DNA of 64,000 nucleotides from Schmidtea polychroa (Eukaryota): the NCBI GenBank assembly GCA_044892525.1, contig CM097885.1:218674001-218738000 (forward strand). The letters run 5' to 3'. Positions 47,844-61,262 of this stretch are shown in pieces. Both the position numbers and the translations under genes were made by a program. Below the pieces are notes generated by a model. That model was given only the letters and a program-made list of their open reading frames with translations, was not told the origin of the DNA and did not search any database. Position 1 is the stretch's first letter. Each line of letters opens with the position of its first letter.

Positions 47844-49213
47844 CTGAAATATTGAAATATCGTCAGATAACATTAGAAATCTTTTAATAAATTTTGAAAT
47901 TTATGAATTAAATGTATTCAAAGTGCAAGTTGAAATTGAAGGCCATTTTAATACAGTTAATCACATTGTGTTATGTACCAGTTGTTAACTGATTAGATGA
48001 TAATTAATAATAATAATTAATAATTTATTAAAAAGCTTAACCTTGAATCAGTAAATATATCGATGTTTTTGATGTATTTACTGATTCATAGTCTCCAAGT
48101 TTTTTAATAAATACAATGGAAAAGAAATCAGTGGTGAAATTTGAAAAAAAGTTCTTATAATAATAATTAATAAACCAATAAAGTACAATCATTCTATCTT
48201 CATTGCAAATTTGACTTTATTTCATTATTTTTCGATATTATGTCAAAGTTTTTATTAACAAGCAAGTAAAATATATTATTTTAATGATTTTTATTACAAT
48301 TTATACTAAATAATTTAGGGTTACGAATGATAATCCATGTTGTTTTATGACTTCAGTTTATCCCTGACCCGGAACTTCAAAGGATTTTAATTTGTCACGA
48401 CACAAGCATGGGTATTTACCGAGGCAACTTTGCTGGTACTGTATTATCGTATTTTGGGATAAGTCGAAACATGAGCTCCGTTACCAAAATTACTAACTTC
48501 TAATTTGCCTTGTCGAGTTCTTTGGCTAACATAAGAAGAAATGACGGTTATTCTATCTCCTCTGGAAATTTTCTTTCATTGTCAAAGACGTATAACAATC
48601 GACTTATGGGCTGTGATTTTAGACCCTATTTAACACTAGTATGCTCCAGTGTCCATATAGGAACACTGATGCATAACTACCGTTCTACACGGTGCTCTGA
48701 TTATAAACTGATCAAACTTTTCCATCAAATGGGAAAAAACAGCCAGCTCACTCTTCTCCATTAAAATTAGATTTTGAGGCTCCTAAAATTCTGTTTCTTT
48801 GCTACTAACCAAATATTTGAACCACAAAACAAAACCATACAAAATTCCTATAACATAAAATGTTTATTAATGAAAATAATCACCAATTTTACAAGCAATT
48901 AAGTCTTCAAAAATATATTGTTTGACATAAGCCTAAGCAACTAATTCAACAAGATTTCACTTATTAATCAAAATAAAACTGGCATTTGATTTTTGTGAAC
49001 TTAGTTCATGTGGATTAATTTTGTATTTGTTTACATATAAAAAAGATACTATTTTTAGTAATTGCATCTTTCATTATACAGTGTGTACATCGTTTTTCCT
49101 CCTTGTCACCGAATTCCATTTAGTGATCTAATATTTTTGTTATAACAAGAACAATTTTTTCCCAAACAATTTTAATCTGTGTATACTACCTTACCTACTT
49201 CTTTGATTGTGTT

Positions 49214-49415
49214 CAGGGTTGCCAGATTTTGAAAACATCATGTCGGGAGTAACGAAAAAAAAATGAAGGATGAAGGATGGCTGACTAATAATGAACACTA
49301 CATTTATTATATATCATTTTACAAATCGGGAGTTTTTGGCATGTATATCGGGAGTCGGGAAATAGACTTTCATAACGGGAGACTCCCGACGAAATCGGGA
49401 GGTCTGGCAACCCTG
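49214..49415. mobile_element. hAT-type MITE
   Basis: Perfect 13-bp TIR CAGGGTTGCCAGA, perfect 8-bp TSD ATTGTGTT, internal CGGGAG repeats. Confidence 0.92.
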
Positions 49416-50199
49416 ATTGTGTTGTATTCTACTACTATATTGGTTTAAACAAATTTAATTTTAATTATTTCCACTATTATAATTATGACTTTTCCGTATG
49501 TAATTTCATGAAAACATTTTTTATTATATTCAAATTATCGTTTTCCGTGTGTTAACTCTAATCATAATTAATTCTTTTTTATCATAATTATTATTTCACT
49601 TTTCAATTTTTCTAAAACACCGGATTTTATTTTATAATCATGATTTTCAATAATTCTATTTATCGACCATGTAGAAATTGGAAATCATTTTGATGATATT
49701 GTATTTATTTTCAGATCAAAAATTTAATTCTTGATAATAACGCTTGAATACAAATCCAAAAATTTATGTTGCATAGAATTAAATTTTTGATCTTCATGCG
49801 AGTGAATGAGTATGTATTTTTAACAAGTTAAAACAAATCGGGATTTATTGAATCTAGGTCAAGAATAGCAGAAAGTTTTTAAGAGGATTATTGGCTTTAT
49901 AGTAATTTACTTTTTCCTTCAAAAATTTAATATTATTAGTTAATTTCATATTGAATATTTTATAGATAATTAATCTTGTTAGGAAAAGAAAATTAATTTT
50001 AAAAAAATTATCCCAATTGGAAAATTGTTGTTGATCTACAGGAGTGATACACAAACCACACCTGTCAGCGATTTCATTTTGACTCACCACACCTATTTTA
50101 AAAGAAGTATAAAAGAGATTAAAATTTAAAAGTATCTTCTTACGCTTTGGTTATTCGTTATTTCAATCTTATGGGATGGATTATTTGTTATCCCGTTAA

Positions 50200-50340
50200 T
50201 TTTCTACCTAGGTGGCCAATTCGTTTCACTTCCCAATTAGTAAGGTCTTAGTGCGCTCCGGGTTTTCCTCATTGCTCGAGTTTCCCGCTGTCGCGGGCTT
50301 CTCATTAACTCTGGCTTTCATTTAGCGATCAATTAAGTTA
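50200..50340 (-). repeat. small decayed fragment of the provirus-type LTR U3 repeat region
   Basis: cgctccgggttttcctcattgctcgagtttccc...cgggcttctcatta resembles 28120-28206. Confidence 0.55.
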
Positions 50341-50359
50341 TAACTTGTTAATAAAGGAA

Positions 50360-51450
50360 ATGAATATCGAGAATATCACCAAACTACTTACTGTTATCTT
50401 CAAGAACACCTATTTTACCTTTTTATAAACAAGTTAAAGGTCTGCCTATGGGTTCTAGCATATCAGGACTGCTAGCAATCATCTTTATGGATAACCTCGA
50501 ACGGCAGACACAAAGGACCATAAAACCTATCGGTTTTTATGCAAGATATGTAGATGATATCTTCATCACGACCCAAAGCAGAAAAGAAGCGGAGGAAATA
50601 TTTCATACATTCAATGCGGCTCACCGAGATATTAAGTTTGAAATCGAATATCCGGAAGGAGATGGATCCCTTAATTTATTGGATTTGAGAATTAAAATAG
50701 AAGCAAATACTCCAACATACGGGTTCTACAGAAAACCAGCTCGCAAAGAAATATTTATGCACCAAAGATCAGCGCTTCCATACTTACAGAAAGTACATGT
50801 CATAAGAAACGAGAAACGAAGAATAGCCAAACGATGCACTGAAAAAAACGAAAACTTTAAAGAACAATCAAATTTCAATAAAATCCTACACAGAAGCCTA
50901 CACCAAGGTGAGGACATTGAAAGAATGAGTTATACCGAAAAATATCTAGGGAATTGACACAAAAGAAGAAGAAATATTTCTATCTGAATATCTCATTCAT
51001 CAGTGACATACTCGACTTCAAGATCCTGAAAGAACTTAAACGTACCGGTCTTCCAATTCGGATAGCACATAAATCTTGGATATTGAGAAGGGCTCTGGCA
51101 GGCAACATAAATAGAGAAAACAATTGCACAATGAAAAACTGCCAGACACCGAAAGATATGTGCTTTAGAAAAAATATAGTCTATTGCATCACATGCAATG
51201 TATGCAATGAAATCTACATTGGAAGTACACTCAGGACTTTGCACTAAAGAGTTAAAGAACATCTAAATCCTGGTGGAACATCCTCGATAAACAGACATCT
51301 CCAACAATGTCAACCAATAGAGGAAAAAAAGATTTTTCAATCGAAATCATAGCTAATGGAAACATCAAAAAAGAAAAATGTCAGATTCAAAGAAGCAATT
51401 CTCATCATAAACAGACAGCAAAAAATCAACACTAAAGAAGAAATCAATGA
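50360..51450 (+). pseudogene. 5'-truncated Penelope-like retroelement (RT plus GIY-YIG endonuclease)
   Basis: YKQVKGLPMGSSISGLLA.IFM, YARYVDDIF, LNLLDLRI; NIVYCITCNVCNEIYIGST.RTL...VKEH; in-frame stops and frameshift. Confidence 0.88.
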
Positions 51451-51859
51451 AATCATGAATTTGATCTGTTGTCATTGACCTTGAGAATAACTGACAATAT
51501 ATAAAAAATATAATAAATTAAAAAGTAATAATTGAAATAATATAGAAAATTTTAGGAAATATACTTTCAAAAAATAGGATTTAAAAATCAGAATTGACAT
51601 ATTTATTGAAATATTTAAATAGCGTATATAAATAGTTATTGGAGGCTTTATTTTAAAATATTTTGAAATATTTTATTACGCTTCTAGAAGCTAATTATAG
51701 AAGCTTTATAAAAAAAATTTAAAAATCTTTAGTTTATGTCATTTTGGAATTTTAAATGATATTTATTTTATTTTACTTTTAATTTTAATTTTCAATAAGA
51801 TTTTTAAATTTTTAATATAAAAAATTTCATAAAAAGAAAGTATATATTATATTTATAAC

Positions 51860-52625
51860 CAATGAGAATTAAGAAAAAGGAAATAAAAGAAAGATAGAAA
51901 TGTGGAAAAGGAGTTTCAAATTCCAGAAAACAAAAACAGAAAATACATATCTCAACAGCTTGTCAGAGATAGCGGATTCGAATGAAAAAGGGAAATTAAA
52001 ATGATCTCGACAGCTGTCAAAGTTAGTGGGAAGCAAAAAAGGCAGAATGGGAAAAACAGAAAGATAAGCCCAAGTACCACAAATTGATGAGCTATATAAA
52101 AGAGAAACAGAGATAGAAGAGGGAGACTGAAAATTGTAACAGAAATTGAGAAGACGAAAATAATAACAAGAAATTGTGAGGAAATGAATTGTGGAAATTG
52201 TTGTCGGAGAAAATTGTCAGAGAAGAAGTTATTGAGATATTTGAAGAATCTTATCGAAGAAAATTAAAAGAGAAACTAAAGCTAATTATTGATCAGAAAG
52301 TGCTAAAGGAAAAGTTTAGCGAGTAGAATACAAGTCACAGCAAGAAAACAACCACCTCAAATTCCCGTTGTTAGAACCAATCGGTAGCTAGTGATCCTTC
52401 AAACCGGTGTTATACGCGAGTGCTATTCGTCACAGAGTGTCGTAATAAGCACTGTATAATCGTCGGTCAGATTGTTAAACCGGTTGAGTCATTGTGTAGT
52501 GACGATAAAAGTTCAATAAAGGTTTTAGTTGTTGATTGTTATCTGTGGGTGAGTTAAAAGCACGCTTGGAGTCAGAGTAAAAATTTGTAATATATTAATA
52601 TCACCAACTACCCAGTAACCCAACA
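51860..52625 (+). mobile_element. diverged solo LTR (family B); 5' boundary uncertain
   Basis: Ends in AACCCAACA; has TATATAAAAG, AATAAA and the GGAGTCAGA U5 motif shared with the provirus LTR. Confidence 0.7.
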
Positions 52626-52864
52626 TAAATATAAATAAAAATTTAATTTTAAAAACTTAACAATTTATTACTGATGTTATATTTATTATTATATTTATTA
52701 ACCCATTTAACAAAATTAATTAGTCAATTCAGACATTAATTTTCAGATGGAATAAGCTCAATATTTTTGTATTGACGAAATGCATATTTTTGAAAAAAAC
52801 ATTTGAAAGCTAATAAATTTAATAAATATAACTTTGTAACAAAATATAGTTAAAGAAATCTTAC

Positions 52865-53123
52865 ACATATATTTTTTGGTGGAAACGTACCCGCAGTGTA
52901 AGCCAGTATATTCACACTTACAACCCATAATTTATCTCCGATTATAGAGCCATCTTCATTCAATTCCAATTTACTAACTGACTCTTTCTTGAAATTATTG
53001 GGCAACGATAAAAAATATTCTTGTGTAACCGCAAATAATCTAAAATTGTATTCGACATTTTCCGTTAAATGATTGATAATCACATTTTTTGCATCTGGTG
53101 TTAGTTCAAATGTTTTGCATTGT
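52865..53123 (-). CDS. host multi-FN3 gene exon
   Basis: IINHLTENVEYNFRLFAV...TAGTFPPKNIC; TGT|GTAAGA donor. Confidence 0.85.
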
Positions 53124-54249
53124 CTAAAATAATAAATATTTAAAATAATACTTAAAGAAAAGGCTCTGAAATCTTTTAAAAAAACATGGATCAATGATTG
53201 AAACTAAATGAAGATAAATGAAATTATTAAGCGAAAAACAGATCATAGGTGAGTATAAAGATAAATAGTTTTGTCTTTTAATTCGCAATAATAAATGGTG
53301 TAAATAATATTTTAAATTAATTAATTAATTTGAAATTTTGAATTTAAACCTTTTAAAGTTTACCATTAATTTAAAATTATCTTATGTATATTTGATTTTA
53401 TTGTGACCACCTGTTTTCACTTTTCCTCCCGAAATATGTTGATTTTAATGTCAAAGATTCAATTAAATTTAGAAAATTAATTAATAAAACACTAACAAAA
53501 GTAACAAAATGGGAAATGTTTTGGGAAAAGATATTTTACGAAGGTTCGATTTCGTTAGATTTGTTTCACAGTTGAGATTGTCATCGTTATTACAGCCTTG
53601 AAATGCTTGATTTTGTATAGAGCAAACCGAATTCATTTTTTTGGTATCTTTTAACTTTAAATTCGTGGATGACTTTAGATTTTTATCCTTAGAAAACTTT
53701 TAAATTCAAATTTCTATCAAATTGATGTAACGAATTGTTAGTATCTTCCAATAACTTATCTTCTGTGACAAATGAACCATATCCCAATTTGTAAATGAAA
53801 TCTAAACGGCTTTTTATTACATCGGTCGAAACTATTCCTTCACTATCTCTTTGACATTTGAGTTAGAATCAAGAATTCTTTTTATTTATTTTCATTGAAA
53901 AATTACCAAATGATTCAGTTTTCAACGAATCCATTTCACATAATTAAAATAATTCATTAAGTTAAATCTTTCAAAAACTTTATTATTAAAATAAAACTAT
54001 TTTTTAAGATAATTTCACAAAAAACAAATAATATTCTTCAACATAATATATATGTAAAGAATAAGATCTATCATCCGCACAGTATATACTATAAATTAGG
54101 TCTTATTTTATATATTCACACAAATACAATGGCAAGTGAGTGCATTTTAAAAAATTATAAATGTTTCTTAAAGAAAATGATTCTTCAATAAAATAGAATA
54201 TTTAATATCACCTTCAAAGGAATATTTAAATCACGAATTCAAATCTTAC

Positions 54250-54466
54250 TTCAAAGATTTTTGAGAGCTTTCACTGTAATACATTACTAATAAAACGATT
54301 TCACTTCCGTATTCAATTGGACTATCCCATTGTAACGCAATAGAGGAACATGTTGCTGACACGACGCAAAGATTTTTCGGAGGTGTCGGAGGGGCGGAAG
54401 TTTTAAAATTCAATTTTATTGGATCGCTACTTAATGTAATTTTGTGATTAAAACATGATCTAGATT
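54250..54466 (-). CDS. host multi-FN3 gene exon (acceptor 54466 or 54459)
   Basis: KTSAPPTPPKNLCVVSATCSSIALQWDSP; AA|GTAAGA donor. Confidence 0.82.
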
Positions 54467-54511
54467 CTTATTAAAAAATTATTTAAATTGTAAAATATAA
54501 CGTAATGATAC

Positions 54512-54610
54512 TTTCTTCATATATTTCTTTAAAATTGTTAACACTTCGACCTTCTAGCACAGCTGTATAGTTAGTATTCGGAGTAAGGTCAGTTATATAA
54601 ACCATTGAAT
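54512..54610 (-). CDS. host multi-FN3 gene exon
   Basis: SMVYITDLTPNTNYTAVLEGRS; flanked by introns of about 45 and 46 bp. Confidence 0.78.
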
Positions 54611-54656
54611 CTACATTATTTGATCTAATTCTTATTTAAAAAAAATATATAATAAC

Positions 54657-54761
54657 CTTTTGTTGAAATACTGCGTACATCAAAGTTGTCAGGGTTTGCT
54701 GAATTCCACCACGTCACTTGAAAATGATCAGGCGGTATAAAATGATGTTTCTTTTCTGTTA
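54657..54761 (-). CDS. host multi-FN3 gene exon
   Basis: CTAACAG acceptor; VTEKKHHFIPPDHFQVTWWN; phase-1 ends match both neighbours. Confidence 0.72.
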
Positions 54762-55253
54762 CTGTTAGTAAAAACTAATTAATTAAAACATCAAGAAAAT
54801 TTCAAAGTAACATAAATCTTCCCGATAAAAAACACAGGTTAGAATTTCATTTATTTTAATTTAGATTTTGACTTTAGACAAATTGATTTTTAGCCTCACG
54901 GACAACAGAACGGATAAAAGTTTTGTATACTGACATTTAATAACAGAACATCAGATACACAACAAGAATTACGTATTCTGGCTTCTCTGTAGTACTTAGT
55001 GTAACCATTACATGTTTGACAAATTAGAGGGATTTTATGTTTTAATTAATTGGAAAATTGAAACTCTGATTTTAATATTTATTATTTTATAACTTTCGCA
55101 GCTTACGGAATATATGTTTCAAAACATTTGTGGTGGGAAGCTACACTTTATTTATTGTATCACTGTGTCCCATCTATCTAAATAAATTCTACAAGTTATT
55201 TTACTACACTACTGTAGGGAGTCCTTAAAGTTGTTTAATTAAAAAATTGTATA

Positions 55254-55831
55254 TAGGTAACCCTTGTATAATTAGGTTCCATAGAAGTGCTATGTTATTT
55301 AAATCGCGTTATGCGAAACTAAGGTGACGTATGAAGAATGAAGTAACGTTTCAAAATCATTTTTTTATTATGTACAAAGAAAAATTGTCAATTCATTTCA
55401 ATTCAAAGTTTTGCAATAACTCCTGGTTTTTCTTCGCGTTGCAACTGATCTAAAATTTAAATTTTTTCTACAATAAATTTTCTTTTCAAAGTTGGTTTCT
55501 TACTTTCCTTCACAATTTTGGTGTCCATCACTATAAAAATAATTTTCTGCATAATAAATTAAACTTCTGAGATTAACACAATTAGTATTTTCAATTCATT
55601 TTCCAAACAGAAAACGCGCACAAATACACTAAAGACTTAGACTACTAAGATTACATTTTTTAAATATATATTTAGAAAATATTTTGAGGTTGCAATATAT
55701 ACATAGCTGTAACTAAGAATAAATATCCATATTTTGCAATTGCATTGGTCTCAAACCAAATTTCTGCATGTGCATACACATTTTTTCTCAAAATCAAAAA
55801 ATTTTAGATCGCGTTATACGAGGGTTACCTG
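55254..55831. mobile_element. Tigger-like MITE
   Basis: TIR CAGGTAACCCTCGTATAA (16/18), TA flanks. Confidence 0.8.
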
Positions 55832-55913
55832 TACTTGATTTTACTTATAAAATTTATTCTATAAATTTTCACATTTTTATATTTTAAATTTAATCTTTAA
55901 TTCTTAATTCTAA

Positions 55914-56151
55914 CCCTCTGACAGCGTTTCTTTTAAAATTTGATTAAAAAATGTATTTTTATAAATAATGTTAGTACGTCGAAATCGGGATGCATAAAAT
56001 TATCAGCACAGAAAGACAGGTTGAACGGGGAAATCGCGGAATAGCAACGTGAGAAGACATAAATAAATGCGAGCACGTCCAAATCGCGGGATCCGTATAA
56101 TTAAACCAGTAGATGCTGTACGCGTAAATCACGGGATACCCGGTCAGAGGG
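55914..56151. mobile_element. probable piggyBac-type MITE
   Basis: 9-bp TIR CCCTCTGAC; flanks CTAA / TTAA. Confidence 0.6.
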
Positions 56152-57041
56152 TTAATTGCTTTCTAAAATTTAAATTTAACAACTTTAAATTTCATCTCAC
56201 ACAAGTAAAAAATATAAAGTATATAAAGAACTGTAAAAGATCCTTTAATAAACCAATTGAGATAATTTTCTTTACCGCTCAATTTTCTTCAGTTTCAAAT
56301 AAAATCGTTTGTTTAAGTTGTCTTTGTCAATGTCCCATTAAAGAAATTCATTATTTCCTGTTAACTTTCAATATATTCCAATATATTCCAGTATCTTCAT
56401 GTTTCATTGGTTTTCATATTGAATATTTTTTATTGACAATAACGCGGTAGAGGCCTAAAAGATAACGATATCCATTTTGGACTAATTTGTAACTCCAATA
56501 AGGCTTCAAGTTTCACAATTAGCTATTACAAAATACATTCATTATTTGTATTAGTGAATACATCAAAAATAAGTTAAACTAGAACGGACAGAAAGAAGGT
56601 GGTCGACAATATATTTGTCTACAAAAAGTACAAGAAATGCTATAAATAAAATATCTAAACCTCTTATGCCGAACATTCACCGTCAAAAGATAATATTAAA
56701 TATATATTGAAATGACAAACTAAAATAATCAACGATGAATTATCTAAACAACCAGTGCAATTGGATATTAAAATAGAAAAAAATAGCGTCTCACAATAGT
56801 TAGCAAAACATAAGTAATTTTTTAGCACTATAACGATGGATCGCATACAGTAATCCAAACGCTACCAAAAATGCAAGATTTAGGGTGATAAGTTCTTAGT
56901 TATTCTGTATATTCAACATAGCTCCATCCTATTACTATTTATTTTAGTGTCCAAAAATTAATAAAATGATACTAGATATGCCATGAAGTACAAATTGCAT
57001 AATTTAAATTTTATTTCTTATAATAATAGTCAAATTCTCAC

Positions 57042-57116
57042 CTTTATTCCAAGCCAAGACAGCACCAAAACCATTTACTGATTCCACTTCGAATTTAGTT
57101 GGAGAGCTTACTAATC
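57042..57116 (-). CDS. host multi-FN3 gene exon
   Basis: ACAG acceptor, G|GTGAGA donor; LVSSPTKFEVESVNGFGAVLAWNK. Confidence 0.8.
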
Positions 57117-57385
57117 CTGTGTAATGAATAACTATTTTCGAGCTTGGTGCATTGTTATTATCTAATATTTAAATATTACAGAACACGAAATAACTATTCT
57201 ATAAAATTAACTTTAGACACACATATAACAGATCGTGTGAAGAAAGATATAAGAATTTACAAAATAGAAGTTCAAAACTATTTTATAATAGCAATTAACA
57301 TCGTCCAGGTTTCTGATGGTAGCAATCAAAATAAAATATTCTCATCCTCTTTTAAATGAAAATGTCTATAATTTTCTTCCATATA

Positions 57386-58496
57386 TGTGTTGTGAATAAA
57401 ACATCCTTAGACTCGTACAGAAATGAAATTAATAAATCCATGAAAATTTAAACACAAAACAATGAATATTGTTTTACCTATTGATTTACCACGTGTTTTT
57501 AAAAAATGTACCAGCTAGTTAAATTTCGCAACGTTATCCTTATTTTGCTTTTGAAAAAGACAAAAGAAGGGATATTTTTTATCAGCTGCACGAAGCATGT
57601 GGAAATGAAGCACCATACAAGGACACTATTTATAATTGGATTAGTAAATTTTTCTCTACCAAAAAAATGTGTTTGTTAAAGAAAGAAATGAATGAAACCA
57701 GAAAATCAGCAAGTAGATATTAGAAGAATTGTATATTATTGTATAAAAAGGCAAATTACTCACTGAGAACTGTCAAATAGATGTTATGTAACTAGGACGA
57801 CTGTACAGAACATGCTGGATGGCATTAGAATATGAAAATTATCCAGTCGATTCGTCTCATGTTTTTTGATAGTAGAGAATACAAGCATGTCAAGAAAATC
57901 TGGCCTTCTTTCATGTAATTTGGGTAACATTCTTTGAAAATTATTATAATGTAGGACGAGACGCCATTGAGTCTTTATATTTCACACAGTGAGTGTTAGG
58001 TTTGTGAATAAATGTTTCCAGTGTTAAAGCCACCAAAAGTGATTAGTTGATGAATATATCACCTCAAAAGCTCAGGAATCAGGACCTTAATTTCTTGCAT
58101 GACAACTCAACAATTCACACAGTTATCGAACTGTGGATGCAATCACCAAAAGAGTTTCGTGCTGGTTCCATACCCATCGTATATACCTTGCTTGGCTCAC
58201 AAGGATTTTTCTTGTTTAATCAACTGAAGAAACACTTATGGGAACTGAGAATTGAGTTCAAAGAGAATGTCACGAGACTAGTGCAAGATTTTTTCAATGA
58301 AAAGGATGTCACGTTCTTCAAAAATCTTCTTTTCACTGGCACAGCGCTGGGCAAAGTGTCTGGAAGCAGATGGTGATTACATAGAAAGATAACTGTGTAC
58401 TTTTACCTATATAGTTCACTTGTATTAAATACAAAGTTTTATTGCAGTACCATTTATATTAATGTATGAGTCTAGGAACTATTTATCCACCACACG
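57386..58496 (+). mobile_element. decayed mariner (Mos1-like) element
   Basis: Degenerate ~35-bp TIRs (ta.gtgt.gtg.ataaa...ctagactc.taca), TA flanks; LHDN, FFLFNQLKKHL, VQDFFNEKDVTFF. Confidence 0.82.
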
Positions 58497-58796
58497 TATT
58501 TAACAATATATATATATATATATATATATTATTTGTTTTATTTTGTGGTCCAAAATAAAACTTTAATTACTCCAAATATTAATCACAGTATTTAATTTTC
58601 ATAAAATATTTTGTTTAAATAAAACGTTTTAATTTTGAATTCTTTATTTTGTACTTGTCAAGTTATTCATATTGTTTAGAATTTAATCAGCAATATTCAT
58701 CTTATTTAAATCATTCTTACGAGATAAGCACACGTGAGAGACGTAACAGTTTCATATTCAATTGCACATCTGCCTCGCTTTCTATTCATCTATTAA

Positions 58797-59770
58797 CCCT
58801 TTTCACTCGAACGGCACTTCTCGAGCGCATTCTATTCTGTACTTCAACTTGAACGGCGCTTGACAGGCGCCATCCCTAATTATGGTCCTATATAACTTCA
58901 ATTTTGCACGCTTTGATAATTTTCGTTTCCATTGTATGATTAATCATGTAAGATTGGATTAAGGGTATTTGTTTCCAAAACAAGTAATTTTGTTGTGTAA
59001 ATTCTCCATTAGAATTTATTTGCATTTATTTCTAGCAAAAGTGTAACAAAGGTTTTTGGTGCTCTGTAACATACATTTTTTGTGAATTATATCCTTTTTA
59101 AATACTTTCGTGGTATTAAAAGTGATTGTAAGTGTATTGTGAACTTTTTACTGCACTGTTTCAAATTTAGTCGCTTATAGAGTGATAAAAATGAAATCAA
59201 AGGATGAAATTCGTAGCATCGAAGATGAATTTGATTTGGCGATGTTTAGATCGATTGATAATATTCTGAATGAAAAAAAATAATGATCAAGACGACATCA
59301 GTGAAGAGAGTGATGTAATAATTAATACCTGAAAAAAATCAATTAGAATAATAAAAAGCGAAAGTGAAGAAAGTGAAGGTATTTTTGATCCAGATGTTAC
59401 AGAAAAGGAAGATAATTCTGAATCGAAGGATGTCACAGAATCTAAGGAAATGCCCCAATAAGTACAATTTAGAAGTGGTGAATAAAAATCTGTGCAAATG
59501 TCACGGAACGGTTGCATTTCTTCCAATTATTTATACTCACCACCGACTTGATGCAGTTGTGACTGAAACAAATAAATATGCAGATAATAAATTGAAATAC
59601 AAAGATTTATCGAAAATGATATGTGGATAATTGGAAAGAAGTAACCACGCAAGAATTCCGTGCATTCATAGCGGCCATCCCTAATATTGGAACCATGTCA
59701 CTTGCAAATATCGCACAATATTGGTCGATGGATGGAAATAGTCGAATTCCATTTTTTCCCAATATTTTCA
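58797..59770 (+). mobile_element. 5' half of a decayed piggyBac element (PGBD4-like transposase N-terminus)
   Basis: TTAA|CCCTTT start; acidic N-terminus, VVTETNKYA, WKEVTTQEFRAFI, AQYWSMD..RIPFFPNIF. Confidence 0.75.
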
Positions 59771-59948
59771 GATTTTAACAAATAAATATTGAAAGTGTAG
59801 TATTTGCTTTAAATTCTCACAAATATATTTAAATTTTAGTTATGATGAGAAAATAGATTTGCTCATTGAAGCAACTCTTTACTAAACAAAAACATTTGAA
59901 CCTTTATCAAAAACTCCTATTCAATAGAAAACAAAACATTTAACTATA

Positions 59949-60389
59949 CACCTAATTCTGTTTTTACGCGATAGATACGTTCCCCGAAAATACGCGTAAA
60001 AAATCGCGTAAAAAAAGATATGGTGTCCATATAAAAGTAGAGGATTGGTTCTTCATTTCCAAAATCAACTAAAATGATGTGATTAAAGTATACAAATTCA
60101 TGGTTTTTACGTGTTTTTTACACTTTTTATTTATTTAAATATATATTTATGAATAAAATAACGACAAACGAAAAAAATACTAATTTAACAAAAAAAAATC
60201 ATTATTTAACAAAAAAATCACAAAAAATTCATTTTAGTAAAACAAAAAGTGGCAAAATATATCATTAAACATATTTTTTAATCGCGTTAAATCAAATCAA
60301 ATCGCGTAAAAACAGAACGAAATAATTTTTTTGAATCGCGTTAAATCAAATTCACGTAAAAAAAGTTCGCGTAAAATCAGAATTAGGTG
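59949..60389. mobile_element. Tigger/pogo-like MITE
   Basis: 23-bp TIR CACCTAATTCTG(T/A)TTTTACGCGA with 1 mismatch, TA flanks, internal CGCGT(T)AAA repeats. Confidence 0.88.
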
Positions 60390-60683
60390 TAATCTGAAAG
60401 AAATGAGGATTATTATAAATGAAAATAAATCAAAAGTCATGCATACAAAAATATTTTAATGAAACTTTTACTTCCTCAAATACATGAAGACCTCATTAGA
60501 GGCAAGATGTCTGAGAATGTTGATGATTTGAAACTAGAAATTATTGAGCGCGTAATGAAATGTGGCAACACATCAATAATATATGAAAATATAGATCCAT
60601 GATGCTAGTTTTGAAATATAAATTACTTTAAATATTGTTTTCCTAGTCTATTAAAAAAGAAAGATGTCCTTTAATTGTGGTTT

Positions 60684-60920
60684 NNNNNNNNNNNNNNNNN
60701 NNNNNNNNNNNNNNNNNNNNNNNNNNNNNNNNNNNNNNNNNNNNNNNNNNNNNNNNNNNNNNNNNNNNNNNNNNNNNNNNNNNNNNNNNNNNNNNNNNNN
60801 NNNNNNNNNNNNNNNNNNNNNNNNNNNNNNNNNNNNNNNNNNNNNNNNNNNNNNNNNNNNNNNNNNNNNNNNNNNNNNNNNNNNNNNNNNNNNNNNNNNN
60901 NNNNNNNNNNNNNNNNNNNN
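60684..60920. other. assembly gap (237 N) that cuts a host FN3 exon
   Basis: Run of N. Confidence 1.
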
Positions 60921-61214
60921 TAATGTTATCAATTGCAATTCAACTCGGCTGCCCAGCATTATATCTTTTATCCACAAATTGTTGACACTGCTTGGAATAA
61001 TATTGCTTCCATAAACAAATCCATTTTTTAAAATTCTATATCCAATGACATGATAGTTGTCAGTTTCCTCGGGAGAATCCCAATTCAACAAAATTCCCTT
61101 GGAATTCATTGCTTCAATGCGCAAAAGAGCTGCATCGGGTGGTTTAAATCCAGAAATGATAATTGGAGAAGATAAATTGGAATGAGAATAACAATAAACG
61201 ACATTTTCTTCATT
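60921..61214 (-). CDS. host multi-FN3 gene exon (runs into gap)
   Basis: TTATAG acceptor; FKPPDAALLRIEAMNSKGILLNWDSP...VIGYRILKNG...IMLGSRVELQL. Confidence 0.85.
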
Positions 61215-61262
61215 CTATAATGATCGAATAAACTGTTTACCCCAGATTCTAAATTAACGTAC

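Noticed and set aside
48350-48780. GC-richer block that looks like decayed coding sequence
   Set aside because: Stops in all frames and no recognisable family.
53560-53880. Weak PolB-like (FKFVDDFRFL) or exon-like sequence
   Set aside because: A single short motif; not phase-compatible with host exons.
55410-55535. Two putative micro-exons
   Set aside because: Not needed, because exons 57042-57116 and 54657-54761 already join in phase.
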